Assembly: GCA_964019335.1 (NCBI GenBank)
Contig: OZ025653.1
Location: forward strand, 248,001 to 312,000
Reading direction: 5' to 3'
Length of the DNA stretch: 64,000 bases
From: Diplonema japonicum
Lineage: Eukaryota; Protista; Euglenozoa: Diplonemea
Shown: positions 1-10,121 of the stretch, in pieces
How the letters are laid out: each line of letters starts with the position of its first letter
Numbering within the stretch: position 1 is the first letter of the stretch
Notes under the pieces: model-generated
Told to the model about the DNA's origin: nothing
What the model saw: the letters and a program-made list of their open reading frames with translations, nothing else
The model's database searches: none
Position numbers and translations under genes: made by a program

Positions 1-317
1 CCACTCTCCTGTCCCTCTTTTTAAATTTCTTTCTTTTGTTCCCCGCCCCACAAACGACGGTTTAAAAAGCTATTTTTTTCCAAAAAAAAAAATACTTGTG
101 AGGGGTCGAACCCGGTTTAAAAAAACTTTTTTTTTCTTCTTTTTTTTTTGCACGCAACTACCTAATAAAGAGATTGCTGTTAACCAAGAAATCAAAAATC
201 ACTCGGATCAAAAGATTTCACTCCTCAAGAATAATCATATTGTTTTTTGTTTTTTTGTTTTTTTGTTTTTTTTTTTTTTTTTTTTTTTTTTGTTTGTGCA
301 TCACTATTTTCAGGTTA

Positions 318-352
<35 letters not shown>

Positions 353-2410
353 ATTGCCTTTTAACCCGAAGCAAGTGTTGCCGTAAGAGAAAAAAAAAAA
401 AAAAAATATCATTATTAATTTCGCGTGCAAAATGTTGTTTTTTTTTTCCCCTTAATTCTTCCTTTTTTTTTTGCTTGAAAAAGAATGTAAATATATCAAC
501 GCAATTAAATAAAAAATTAAATGTATGAATTAGAATAGATTTTTTGCCCTCTTACTTGTTGGGATTTAAAAGGGAAAAAGTGGGCGGCCTTGTGTGACTT
601 AACAAGACTACAAAGAAATAAGGGGGCAAAATAAAAAGGGGGGAAAAAAAACTTTAATTTTTTAATAAAAAAGCAGAGGGGTAAAACATTATTTCTTTTT
701 TTTTTTTTGCAAGCCGCGTTATAAAAGTAATTCCGCGATTTGAGGATCTCTTTCTTCTTTCTTTCTTTTTTCTTTTTTACCCCGTGGGTGACACCCCCCC
801 CCCCCCCCCCCCTACCCCAAAAGACATCGCATTTATCTCAATTGTACTCTTTTTTCTTTAGAGATATATATATATATATATTTTTTTTTTAAAAAAAATA
901 AAAAGGCCAAATCCAAACTAAAGGTGGCCTATCAGGGCAGGAACAAAGGAGTCACGTTATTTTTCTGATTTCTTTTTGCAACCCCTTCGCCTTTTACATA
1001 ATGACCCATGAACACTGTCGAAAATTCAAGGTATATAACGACCCTCTTACCACCAACTGACAATTTCAACCCCCCGTTTCCGTTTTAAGAAAAATCGGAA
1101 CTTCAGTTCAGTTTTGTGCTCATTATTGGTCGGTAAGAAAATAGCTATTTCTCCCTTTTTTTTTTCCTTTTTTTTTTTCTTCTTTTTTTTCCCCCTCTTT
1201 TTCCCATCATGCATTTCCAAAAAAAAGAAAGGGGAAAAAGAAAGTCATGTTGTAAAAAAAAAAAAAAAAAAGATGAATTTTCAGTTTCTTTTTTCTTTCG
1301 AATAAAAAAGAATTTACGGAGGGGGAGGAAGAAAAAAAAAAGGAAATTGAAGGCTATAACAAGAACACCATGGATGAGGAGAGGGAGAAAAGAAAGAAAA
1401 GAGGGAAGGGAGGAAGGATGGAAGGAAGAAGAGAAAAGAAAGAATAGAAGAAAGTAAAGGGAAAAAAAAACTATAGCTCTCAATCAAGAGGGCAGGTGCA
1501 CCAACCGGCGTTTTTTTTTCTTTCTTTTTTTTCGCTTGCTTTCTTTCATTTATTTTTTTGTTTGCTGAACAGTTTAGATCTAAAAAAAAAAAAAATCTCA
1601 CTTCTGACTGTCTTGAAGAAGAGTAGCCAAAGTTGAAAATATAAGCTTTCTTCATGTTTTTTATTTTATTTTTTATTTTAGTTCATTTTTGCTTGATTTT
1701 CTTTTTTGAAACTCCTGTTTAACAGAAAGAAAAATCGCTTCGAATTTCCTTTTTTTTTTTTTAAATTGCATTTTCTTTTTTTTTTGATAAAAAAAAATAT
1801 TTTTCTTTCTAAACAGGAGACTACCTTTTGGAGAAAAGGGTAAAAAAAATCTTTTTTGAGGCTCGCAATATCTTTTTTTTTTTTTTTTTCCTTCTTGCAA
1901 CTTGTATTATTTCTCTCCCGCCCCCCACCTCCCCCCCCCTTTCCCCCTCTGTACCTCAACTCAAAGAAAAATGCACATTTCTTTAAAAAAAGAGGAAAAC
2001 TTCTTCATTACACAAGGTTCCTCCTCTGTGTCAATATTCAATTGAAAAGACAAATAAAAAAATAGGGAAAAAAAAAGCAGTGGGAGAGGGAAAAGAAGAG
2101 TTATTCTCTTTTCTTTTTTTTGAATAAAAACGTGCATTTCTCCAGGAGGCAGAGAGGATGAGGGGGAAGGGAAGGGGGGTTTGTTTGGCCTAACAAAACA
2201 CGAAAAATCCTGCCAATATTTCTTCCCTTTTTTTCTCTTTTTTTTTTCTTTTTTTTTTTTGTAAACAAAGTCAAAAAAGACTCGTTTCTTGAAGGCGAAG
2301 AAAAAAAAAAAAAAAAAAAAAGAGGGAGGAGTATCATTTTCCTTTTCTTTTTTTGCGTGCAAGAGGATTTTTTTTTTTTTTTTTTGTAAAGAATAAAAAA
2401 AAAGTCTTTC
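1..2410. repeat. Low-complexity poly(A)/poly(T)/poly(C) intergenic DNA
   Basis: Long homopolymer runs; ORFs here are F/K-run artefacts with no recognisable motifs. Confidence 0.85.
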
Positions 2411-2420
2411 ATTCCTTGTT

Positions 2421-2936
2421 CTAATACATCGATTTGATTGCAGTAAGGACCTGCTTAACGGACTCTAGAGGGAGGATCTCGCCATCCTCTGGAGTAGGCT
2501 CCGAAGAGGCAGATGACTCGGATGGTGAAGGGGGTGGGAGGTACGTCGTCACTGTTGGCGTAGCAAGCACAGGCGCCACGCGTACACGAGGCACGGGTGC
2601 GGTAGTGGTAGTGGTAGTGATGGTGGGAGTTGCTGTGACCAATGAAGTGGCTGGGACCAGCCATGAGACCAAAGTCAGTGCTGATGCAGCCACCCACCCC
2701 CTTGCTCCTTGGTTGTTCATCGATTGCACCAAAACGTATCCGCCTTCAGCAGGCCTGGTGACCATGACAGTTTCACCCCTTTGGAGACACCATGCACTGA
2801 AGGGGGCACCCTGCCCTGCCTGAATCCTCAAACGGACAGCCTGGCCCACTACCCACACGGCGATGCTGCCACACCCAGCGCACTGGCACCCGTTGCACCA
2901 CCGCTTGCAGTTGCTGCACTTGTTGGCGGAATGCAT
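2421..2936 (-). CDS. Hypothetical protein: Cys-rich N-terminus, SH3-like domain, Thr/Pro/Ser-rich tail
   Basis: GC-rich island with ATG. CSNCKRWCNGCQCAGC, then LQRGETVMV...GYVLVQS...RGWVAASAL, which resembles the SH3 beta-strand pattern. Confidence 0.6.
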   Translation of the reverse strand: MHSANKCSNCKRWCNGCQCAGCGSIAVWVVGQAVRLRIQAGQGAPFSAWCLQRGETVMVTRPAEGGYVLVQSMNNQGARGWVAASALTLVSWLVPATSLVTATPTITTTTTTAPVPRVRVAPVLATPTVTTYLPPPSPSESSASSEPTPEDGEILPLESVKQVLTAIKSMY

Positions 2937-3344
2937 TTTTTTTTTTTTTTTTTTTTTTTGTAAAAACGAAAGAACGCTGGTGTGATTAAACGAAAGTTAC
3001 GGACCCTAAAAAGTGAAAAAAAAAATCATTTTAAACGAAAACAGGGTGGGGGAAGGGAGGGGACTTTTCATAAAGTTGAGAAGGGGGGGGGGGAGGGGCG
3101 CGGAGGGTTCTTCCCCTCACCCCAATACACCGCCATCTCTCTTTCTCTTTTCTCATGTTATATTACTAAAAAACAAAAGAACAATAAAAAAAAACACTAA
3201 AACAAAACAAAAAAAGGGTGGTGGTATGGCCGTGTGGAGACAGGGAAGGTAAATAGAATATAATTATGTATCCCGGGTAGAAGAGAAGCTTTTTCTTTTT
3301 TCTTTTTTTTTTCTCACCATCACAATCAGACCTTCTTTCATCCC

Positions 3345-4385
3345 TCAGCACCTGTGTGCCGTAGCAATGCTGTTGGCTGTGGTGTTCATGAGCATGCCTC
3401 CTATGACACCATACAGCGCAAGGGCTTCTGAGAAGATAAGCATGAGGACAGTGGCTGTGAATATAGAGGCGGTTCGCGCCAGGGCACGGTTGCAGGTCCC
3501 ACCTATAGTGCCTATGCAACTACCTGCTATTAGACAAGAGCCGCCCACTGCTAAACCAGAACAAAGATGCGACAGACCGGCCGCCAATGGGTAGCTAGAC
3601 TTGTACGTGGCCACCGAAAGTGAGATAGTGACACCTGTAATAAGCCCATAGATGGACAGCAGCTCTGCCATGATAACTGGCAGCATGCCCCGTAGTGCTT
3701 GTGCTTTGTTGTTCATAGCAAGATGTGCCATGCCTTCCCCTGCCCTGGCTATCCCCATCCCAGCCCCGCAGCACGACAGCCCCAGTGCAGCTGTGCCCCC
3801 CAAGTACCCAAACAGCACCCCTAATGGTGCGCACCGCGTCCACTTCTCGATCTCGTGTGAGAAGGGAGCTTTCGTCACGTTCGCACGCACCACATGCGTT
3901 GTGTGCCCCACAGCCACCTCTTTCACTATTTCTTCGTTCTTCTCCTCAGGCCGCTTCTTCTTCACAAGCTTCGTAGTATTCACAAGCAGTGATGGTTTGA
4001 CTTTCTTTTCCTTTTTTCTCTTAACTATCCCTGCTGCGTGTGCTGTAGGTGCTGGAACGTAGATGTCAGGTGCGACGGGTGCCGACAGGAGCACGTCCTC
4101 CTCGATGGCGGTGTTATGCCGCCATGCTGGGTCTTCCTCTCCCGCCGTGGACAGGAAGGCGATCCCCACCACCTGATACATCACTATAAGCCCTACAAGG
4201 ACCACCTTCCAGTTCAACTTCGTCCCGTTCCCCTGCGGCTTCTTCTCTTTCTTGCTCCCGTTCGACACACTCCGCGACCGTGTGCCAGCATCCTCGACGT
4301 CGATGGCGATGCTGTCGTTGGCACCGCTAGGCGACCCGCCCAGCCTCTCCGACAGTGTTGCCCGCTTTGGGGAATGGAACTGCAT
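3345..4385 (-). CDS. V-type ATPase proteolipid subunit c-like protein with a ~180-aa N-terminal extension
   Basis: Four-TM proteolipid motifs FGYLG..AAL..SC.GAG.G, PVIMAELLSIYGL, HLCSGLAVG and LIFSEALALYG. The extension carries an extra hydrophobic helix. Confidence 0.88.
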   Translation of the reverse strand: MQFHSPKRATLSERLGGSPSGANDSIAIDVEDAGTRSRSVSNGSKKEKKPQGNGTKLNWKVVLVGLIVMYQVVGIAFLSTAGEEDPAWRHNTAIEEDVLLSAPVAPDIYVPAPTAHAAGIVKRKKEKKVKPSLLVNTTKLVKKKRPEEKNEEIVKEVAVGHTTHVVRANVTKAPFSHEIEKWTRCAPLGVLFGYLGGTAALGLSCCGAGMGIARAGEGMAHLAMNNKAQALRGMLPVIMAELLSIYGLITGVTISLSVATYKSSYPLAAGLSHLCSGLAVGGSCLIAGSCIGTIGGTCNRALARTASIFTATVLMLIFSEALALYGVIGGMLMNTTANSIATAHRC

Positions 4386-4511
4386 TCATGTGCCCCCTCC
4401 CCCTCCTTACGGCCCCTGTGGTGCGGAATCTTTTTTTTTTTTGCGTGGGAAAAAAAAGGAGGGGGGGTGGGAAAGGCATTCGAAGATGAGTGAAAGGGTG
4501 GCTGTTGAAGA

Positions 4512-5174
4512 CTAAAGGTCTTCGAGGTCCACGAGCTCATCGTGGAGCATGCAGCTGGTTTTTGTGGGGCAGGTTCCGCACGTGTGGCCGCATGGCATTT
4601 CGGGGTCTTTTTCGATGATGCCTTTCAGGGACGGGGAGATATCGTACCACGTGGCAGTGAGCTCATGGACAGGGGTGTTGAGCTCTGTTGACAGCGTAGC
4701 CCATGCCTCGTTTGTTGTGCCGTGCAGACTGACGTGTTTGATGATGGCTTGTTGCTTGTCGGTGAAGCCCGACAGTCCGTTGGTGGCGCACTGCACTTCT
4801 TCCTTGCAGGCAGGTTCCACGATGACCCCTTCATGCAGGATAGTGCCGTCAGCTAGCACCCCTCCGTTGACCTTGTGGTGCACCCCAGCAGCTGCCATCA
4901 CCTGGTCAACTGACGCCTTTCGTTCCCCTTCAATCATGGCCACGAAATTGTCCAGAAAACTCTTCTGCGAATCGCTCTTTGCACTTTCTCTGGCCTTCTT
5001 CATGCACTCCAACGCCTCTTCCTTCCTCCCAAGCTGATACATCGTATGTCCCTTCCCCACAAGCAGCACGTCCTTCGCATCATCGTCGGACGCTGCTTCC
5101 ATTTTCGCATCGAAAAGTCTCCCTACTCCTTCAACATCTCCCTCCTTCAGGCACTTCTCAATCTCCGGATCCAT
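4512..5174 (-). CDS. Hypothetical protein with TPR-like N-terminus and C-terminal CX3CX2CX5C motif
   Basis: KGHTMYQLGRKEEALECMKKA is TPR-like; the protein ends CGHTCGTCPTKTSC...DLEDL. Confidence 0.7.
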   Translation of the reverse strand: MDPEIEKCLKEGDVEGVGRLFDAKMEAASDDDAKDVLLVGKGHTMYQLGRKEEALECMKKARESAKSDSQKSFLDNFVAMIEGERKASVDQVMAAAGVHHKVNGGVLADGTILHEGVIVEPACKEEVQCATNGLSGFTDKQQAIIKHVSLHGTTNEAWATLSTELNTPVHELTATWYDISPSLKGIIEKDPEMPCGHTCGTCPTKTSCMLHDELVDLEDL

Positions 5175-5463
5175 GCCTGCAGATGGTTTGAATCAGAAAC
5201 ACTATGCACGTGTATCAATATTAAACAGGGGACAGGTTTTCTTTTTCTTTTCTTCTTTTTTTTATTTTTTTCTTTATTGTTTTCTTTATTTTTTTCTCAT
5301 CCTTCTTCTTTTGAGTTAAAGACACTTGGCAGGGGGTGTGGGGTGGCATCTCTGCCTCATGCGCCGTCCATTTCCTCCCCCCTCCCCCCTCCCCCCGAAC
5401 AATCTTTCGTTACTTTCTGAACAAGAATCAAAAATGAGTGGTCTGATCATTTCCTGTACTGCT

Positions 5464-7641
5464 TCACGGCTCACTGTTGACGGTCTTGTCCAGCAGTTCG
5501 AGGAGGTTGGTAGCAACTTCGATGAACTCGAGTGTTGCAGGAGACTGGTCTTGGATGGGGACGGTTTGGGCCTCACTGAGGAGGCCGAGGGCAGCGTCCT
5601 TAAGGGGCTGTGTTGCGGAGATGAGGGAATTGTCAGTGAGGTTGTAGTACAGCTTGAGGAGGGTGGCGAGCTGGTCGTAGTCATTGGGGGGGGTGACTGT
5701 TAGAAGCTCGGAGAGACGCGGCATCAGGTCGTACCGCGTGAAGAAGTTCACAAACTCTGCGTCGGAAGAGAAGTTCAGCAGCACTCCTGTGACAGCCAGC
5801 ACCACCTGTCTGTCGCTGTGGTCCAACAGTATCGAGCATGCCTCATCGACCCTTGTCTCCACCATCCACGACCGCATGTCCTGCGACCGCGAGAAGTTCC
5901 CGAAGGCTCTCGCCACCTCCGTCACAGCGTCGATGTTGTCGAACAGCAGCAACATAGCGCACGCATCGGCAATCTCCATCTGCCGCTCCAACACGAGGTT
6001 CCCCTCATCTGTGTAGAACGACAGGTTCGTGATGCAGCACACTGCATTCAACACCAGCTCCTCAGACTTCTCGATCTTCTTCCTCTGCACAAGCTTCACC
6101 AGGTTGTCCACAAGCAGCGGCTCCGACGACAGTCGCGGTCCGATCTCAGGTGAGATCGCCAAATTGGCGACCACCCGCAGCAGCTTCGTGAGGATGTCGT
6201 CCAGCTGCTCGACCTCTGCCTCCACGTCTACCCCGTTGATGCACTCTTCCGACAAAGGACGCGGCTTCGCAGGCGAGCCAGCATCCTCCTCAACCTCTGC
6301 CGGCCAGCCGGCCTCGCTGCATGCCTTACTCATGATGACCTCATCTCTTTCGCAGTATATGTTGAACAGCCTGAAGAGCACCTCGAGAACTTCCTCGTTG
6401 CTGCCCAACACCCTTCGTGTCTCTTCGTTCACCTGCACCAGATTCCCTAGGATGTAAAGCAGCCGCAGAGATATCGCAAGGTTCTCGTGGTACAAATCAA
6501 GTGCCGAGACCAGATGTGTTAGATTCCCTGTATTCCTCTCGAGCACCAGCTTGCAGTCCTCTGTGTGCGATAGTTTAGCGATGATTCGGGCTGCGTTCAA
6601 GACCACGTGATGGAAGCTCTTGAGGCTGTTGAACACGGCAGGGTACAACACAGAGACGGTGCCGAGCTTCGTGAACAAATGTGCGTGGCTGGAGGGCAGC
6701 GTGAGATTCCTCAGGCAGCCTGTTGCCTGGATAAGGAAGTCGATCCTCTGCCTCAGGGTAATGTCGGACTGGTTCTCTGCGATAGAGCGTATCTGTTCCC
6801 TGCACACTGTGGTCAGGATCCTAATGGCACCAAGGGTGCCGAGGCTCTTTTGAACCTCTTCTTCGGTTTCCGAGATGTTTTTGATGACACCAGCGGCGAG
6901 GGTTGCAGGACCGATGTTCCAAGACCCGTCTAGAATGCTGAGGAGACACTCTGTGATGCCCTCAGAGCGGAAGACAAGGTCGTTCTGCTTCACCTTGGAC
7001 GAAGAGTAGAGGACGGAGATGGCAGTCTCGACGGAGGGGTCGCCTTGCAGAGAGCATTTGAGGAGGACGCGCGAGGCACGCAGCTTAGAGGTGGTGTCGG
7101 TGACAAGGTCGGACAGGCAGAACTTCATTATTTTCGAGACGAGGTACACAACTGTAGGGTGGCGGGACAGCGCCTCCTGCTGCGTGGTCGAGACCAAGGA
7201 GTCGGTGATGGTGTTAACCTTTGCGAGTGCCTCCAGGTTGGTCTCCACAGCATGCGTGGGGTCCACGAGCTCTGCCATCGCGTTTAGGTCGACGTACCTT
7301 TGATCCTCGTCGTGTGAAGGGGGTGGCACAGGCGCGGCCTGCTCCTTCTGGATGTCCAGCACTTCAGGCGTTCCTTGAAATATATCATCCTTTGCAAGCT
7401 TTGCCTTTACTTGTGCTTCATGCACAGAAGGAGTGCTCTCACGCTTCCCATCCCACCCGTCCTTTTCCAACGGTGCTAGTATCACAGGCGTACCCTGCCT
7501 CGACCCAGCTCCTTTCATGTAAAACCCCCTGTCTGCATCACATGGCGTTACAGGCCTTGTGGGGTTCATCAGCGACGCTCGCGCCTCTTTGATAACTCGC
7601 TGCACTCTGCTTTCCCGGAAGGGACGGGTTGGCAGTGCCAT
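5464..7641 (-). CDS. ARMC2: Armadillo repeat protein, ARMC2-like
   Basis: N-terminal VIKEARASL...RPVTP; ARM repeats ATGCLRNL, KLLRVVANLAISPEIG, EELVLNAVCCITNLSFY, EVARAFGNFSR. Likely ATG at 7641. Confidence 0.75.
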   Translation of the reverse strand: MALPTRPFRESRVQRVIKEARASLMNPTRPVTPCDADRGFYMKGAGSRQGTPVILAPLEKDGWDGKRESTPSVHEAQVKAKLAKDDIFQGTPEVLDIQKEQAAPVPPPSHDEDQRYVDLNAMAELVDPTHAVETNLEALAKVNTITDSLVSTTQQEALSRHPTVVYLVSKIMKFCLSDLVTDTTSKLRASRVLLKCSLQGDPSVETAISVLYSSSKVKQNDLVFRSEGITECLLSILDGSWNIGPATLAAGVIKNISETEEEVQKSLGTLGAIRILTTVCREQIRSIAENQSDITLRQRIDFLIQATGCLRNLTLPSSHAHLFTKLGTVSVLYPAVFNSLKSFHHVVLNAARIIAKLSHTEDCKLVLERNTGNLTHLVSALDLYHENLAISLRLLYILGNLVQVNEETRRVLGSNEEVLEVLFRLFNIYCERDEVIMSKACSEAGWPAEVEEDAGSPAKPRPLSEECINGVDVEAEVEQLDDILTKLLRVVANLAISPEIGPRLSSEPLLVDNLVKLVQRKKIEKSEELVLNAVCCITNLSFYTDEGNLVLERQMEIADACAMLLLFDNIDAVTEVARAFGNFSRSQDMRSWMVETRVDEACSILLDHSDRQVVLAVTGVLLNFSSDAEFVNFFTRYDLMPRLSELLTVTPPNDYDQLATLLKLYYNLTDNSLISATQPLKDAALGLLSEAQTVPIQDQSPATLEFIEVATNLLELLDKTVNSEP

Positions 7642-7763
7642 CTTGGACTCCCTCACCCACCACTTGTATTTGCGGTTTTGCGGTTGGGTGCACAAGAAAT
7701 AAAAAGGGGAAAAACACATGTGTAAGAAAAAAAAATAGGGGGGGTTATGGTGTTGGGTAGGCC

Positions 7764-8012
7764 CTACGGCATCCCTGCGTGAACAAGACCCCCGTCGTAG
7801 GCAGTGCTCCCCGTGAAGTTGTCGTAGGCCTTGTTGTGTAGCGTGCAGCACTGTGGGGGTTTTTAGTTGCTTTTTTTTCCCCCTCTCATTGTCCTCAATA
7901 GACATACCGCGCTGATCGGCGAGGCAGTGGCAGCTCCGTTGTCAAGTGCGAAACCGACCTTCGCCTTCGACGGCTTGGTGGCACCGTTAAGCTGGGGCTG
8001 CGGGACAGGCAT
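7764..8012 (-). CDS. Small spliced ORF (~63 aa), exons 8012-7908 and 7850-7764
   Basis: A GTATGT...CACAG intron at 7907-7851 joins MPVPQ...SPISA to CCTLHNKAYDNFTGSTAYDGGLVHAGMP* in frame. Confidence 0.5.
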
Positions 8013-8238
8013 ATTTTTTTTTATTTGTTTTTTTTTTTCTTTTTTTTTGTGTAGTGTAGGGCCTGCTTCTGAAGTAACACGAGGGCGTGAACGAAAGGGG
8101 GGGGGGGGGGGGATCGATAACAAAACCACCCCATTACGTGTAACAAGGTAATCGCACCGGAGACAGGTCCTTCACCGTCTTTATTTAAGAATGTTTCGGT
8201 TTTAGAGGAAGAAGAAAAGGTCCTGCTTTCAAAATCGA

Positions 8239-8493
8239 TTACAAGACGAAGGCCTTTTGGCCCTCCTTCCAACAGTTCCCCTTACCATCACAGCCTCTGA
8301 AAGACGGAATTCCGTGCACCCCCAAGGACTTGCACAACTTCCTCTGCCGATCGCAATCCACAAAGGTCACATTTTTAGGGAGGCCTGTGGGCACCATGTG
8401 CCCCCCCATCTTCTCTACTACACTCCGCGTGTGCTTGCACCATGGTGTTCCTAGCACCACCTTTCCTTTCAAATATCTCTTCTCTGCTGCCAT
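8239..8493 (-). CDS. Small thioredoxin-fold protein with a CxxT site
   Basis: VLGTPWCKHT...TFVDCD...LCKSLGVHGIPSF follows the Trx-fold pattern (WCxx, VDCD, cis-Pro GIP). Confidence 0.65.
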   Translation of the reverse strand: MAAEKRYLKGKVVLGTPWCKHTRSVVEKMGGHMVPTGLPKNVTFVDCDRQRKLCKSLGVHGIPSFRGCDGKGNCWKEGQKAFVL

Positions 8494-8786
8494 GAAGTGT
8501 AAAAATACCTATTCTCTTGTAAGGGTTTGTTTCCTTTTGTGTTTGCAAGGGAAAATGAGGAGGGGACAATATTTTTAAACAATGGGATAGTTGGTCAAAA
8601 AAAAGCAAAAAAAAAAAGGGGGTAAGGGGACAAAAAAAAAGTTAGGCAACAAAATATATGGTAACAATTTGTCCGCTCGAGGGAAAAAAAAAAAAGCAAA
8701 ACAAAGAAAAGGAAACTTGGCACAAAAGTGCAGGATTAAAAATCATAGTCAACCATCGTTATTCTGGCTGGAGAAAAGGAGCCCCT

Positions 8787-10121
8787 TCAGCTCGAGTCAA
8801 AGGCAGTGTCCCACCCGTTCAAGGCTAGCAGCTCATTCAACTGTTTCACCGCCCTGCCTGCAGCATCTTCCCCTTCAGTCTTTCCTGGCGGTGTTGTGAT
8901 GTATATGGTAACACGTGTGGAAGGTGCACCCTTGTCATCTTGCTCCTCAGCAGCTTCTACGTGAACCTTCTCCTCACCTTCCAAAGAGAAGCTCCACAAC
9001 TGTGACACTTTTGACAGTGCAGCAGGCAATGTATGGGAGTCGGTGACCAAGGAGTGCGAAGTAGTGGTCCCGATTATGTCAGGAAATCTCTCCATGATGC
9101 TGTCCAGCGTCTCGCCTTTGCCAGACAGTAGCATGCTCATGAACGCCAGTACAGCTTCGATGCCATCTGTGTACGACGGGGTGCACTGTGCTCCATTCAT
9201 GTGCTCCACGAAAAGCCTCTCCTCCATCCGTGGCACAGGGCCGCCCGAGGCAGACCTCCGGTCCCCACCAGTGCCGTCCTGACCGCACGACGCTACGATA
9301 GTGTACTTGGAGAGGTCGTCCTTTGTGGAGCACTTACCTTTCTCTTCCCAGGGTGTTTCGTTCAGTAATTCCACGTTCGCAGGCTCTGCCAAGCCCAGCC
9401 TGTTGACGAAGATCTCTCTTGCGTAAGGCCCTGCGACGCCGTGCTCACAGTCAAAGAGGAGCTTCATGCCCGCCATGCCTTGCTGGCTTCGCATGTTGGA
9501 GAGCTTGAAGCGCTGTTCCATTTCGTTCGCAAAGACGCACACAGCATCGTGCCGTTTGATCTTTCCTTCATACTCAGCAGCATGCATGTCTTTGACCAGC
9601 ACGCAGACGTCGTGAGGAGTGGCTGCTGCGCACGTACCATCTGGGAGCAGGATCAGGCGCTCTGCACTGTAAAGGTACACGCCGCCCAGTGTCTTCGCGA
9701 TGCTGCTGTCCATGGCAGCACGTGTTGCGTAGTAACCGTCAGGGACCAAGACCTTGAGCCCATTGGCTACAAGACACTTCGCTAGTGTTTTGAGCTTCTT
9801 TCTGTTCACTTTTCTACCGTCGCAACCCACCACCACCTCGCAGCCTTGCCCTTCTGCCTTCCTTTCCGTAAATAGCATGGCAGTCCCTTGACACCATCCT
9901 TCCCAAGCACCCGCCGCATCTTCTATACTCGAAATCTCCCCCAACTGGCTCTCAGGTGGATATCTGCACCGCTTCTCAGCAAGGAAGCCAGTCACATAGC
10001 TCACCGGGTCCTCTGGCATCTCCTTGCAGCAGCTCTCAAGTATCTCGTCCATGAGCGCAGGGACCCCCTTCCCGTTTAGGTAATCGACGTACCTTTGCTC
10101 CTCTTGTTTTGTGAACGCCAT
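8787..10121 (-). CDS. RIIa/Dpy-30-like D/D domain fused to a degenerate phosphoglucomutase-like domain
   Basis: YLNGKGVPALMDEILESCCKEMPEDPVSYV (D/D helix pair). PGM remnants VVGCDGR, FDCEHGVAGPYAREIF and DGIEAVLAFMSML; the TASHNP motif is absent. Confidence 0.75.
   Translation of the reverse strand: MAFTKQEEQRYVDYLNGKGVPALMDEILESCCKEMPEDPVSYVTGFLAEKRCRYPPESQLGEISSIEDAAGAWEGWCQGTAMLFTERKAEGQGCEVVVGCDGRKVNRKKLKTLAKCLVANGLKVLVPDGYYATRAAMDSSIAKTLGGVYLYSAERLILLPDGTCAAATPHDVCVLVKDMHAAEYEGKIKRHDAVCVFANEMEQRFKLSNMRSQQGMAGMKLLFDCEHGVAGPYAREIFVNRLGLAEPANVELLNETPWEEKGKCSTKDDLSKYTIVASCGQDGTGGDRRSASGGPVPRMEERLFVEHMNGAQCTPSYTDGIEAVLAFMSMLLSGKGETLDSIMERFPDIIGTTTSHSLVTDSHTLPAALSKVSQLWSFSLEGEEKVHVEAAEEQDDKGAPSTRVTIYITTPPGKTEGEDAAGRAVKQLNELLALNGWDTAFDSS

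Noticed and set aside
986-998. TTCGCCTTTTAC matching U5 snRNA loop I
   Set aside because: The flanks cannot form the closing stem and no Sm site is evident.
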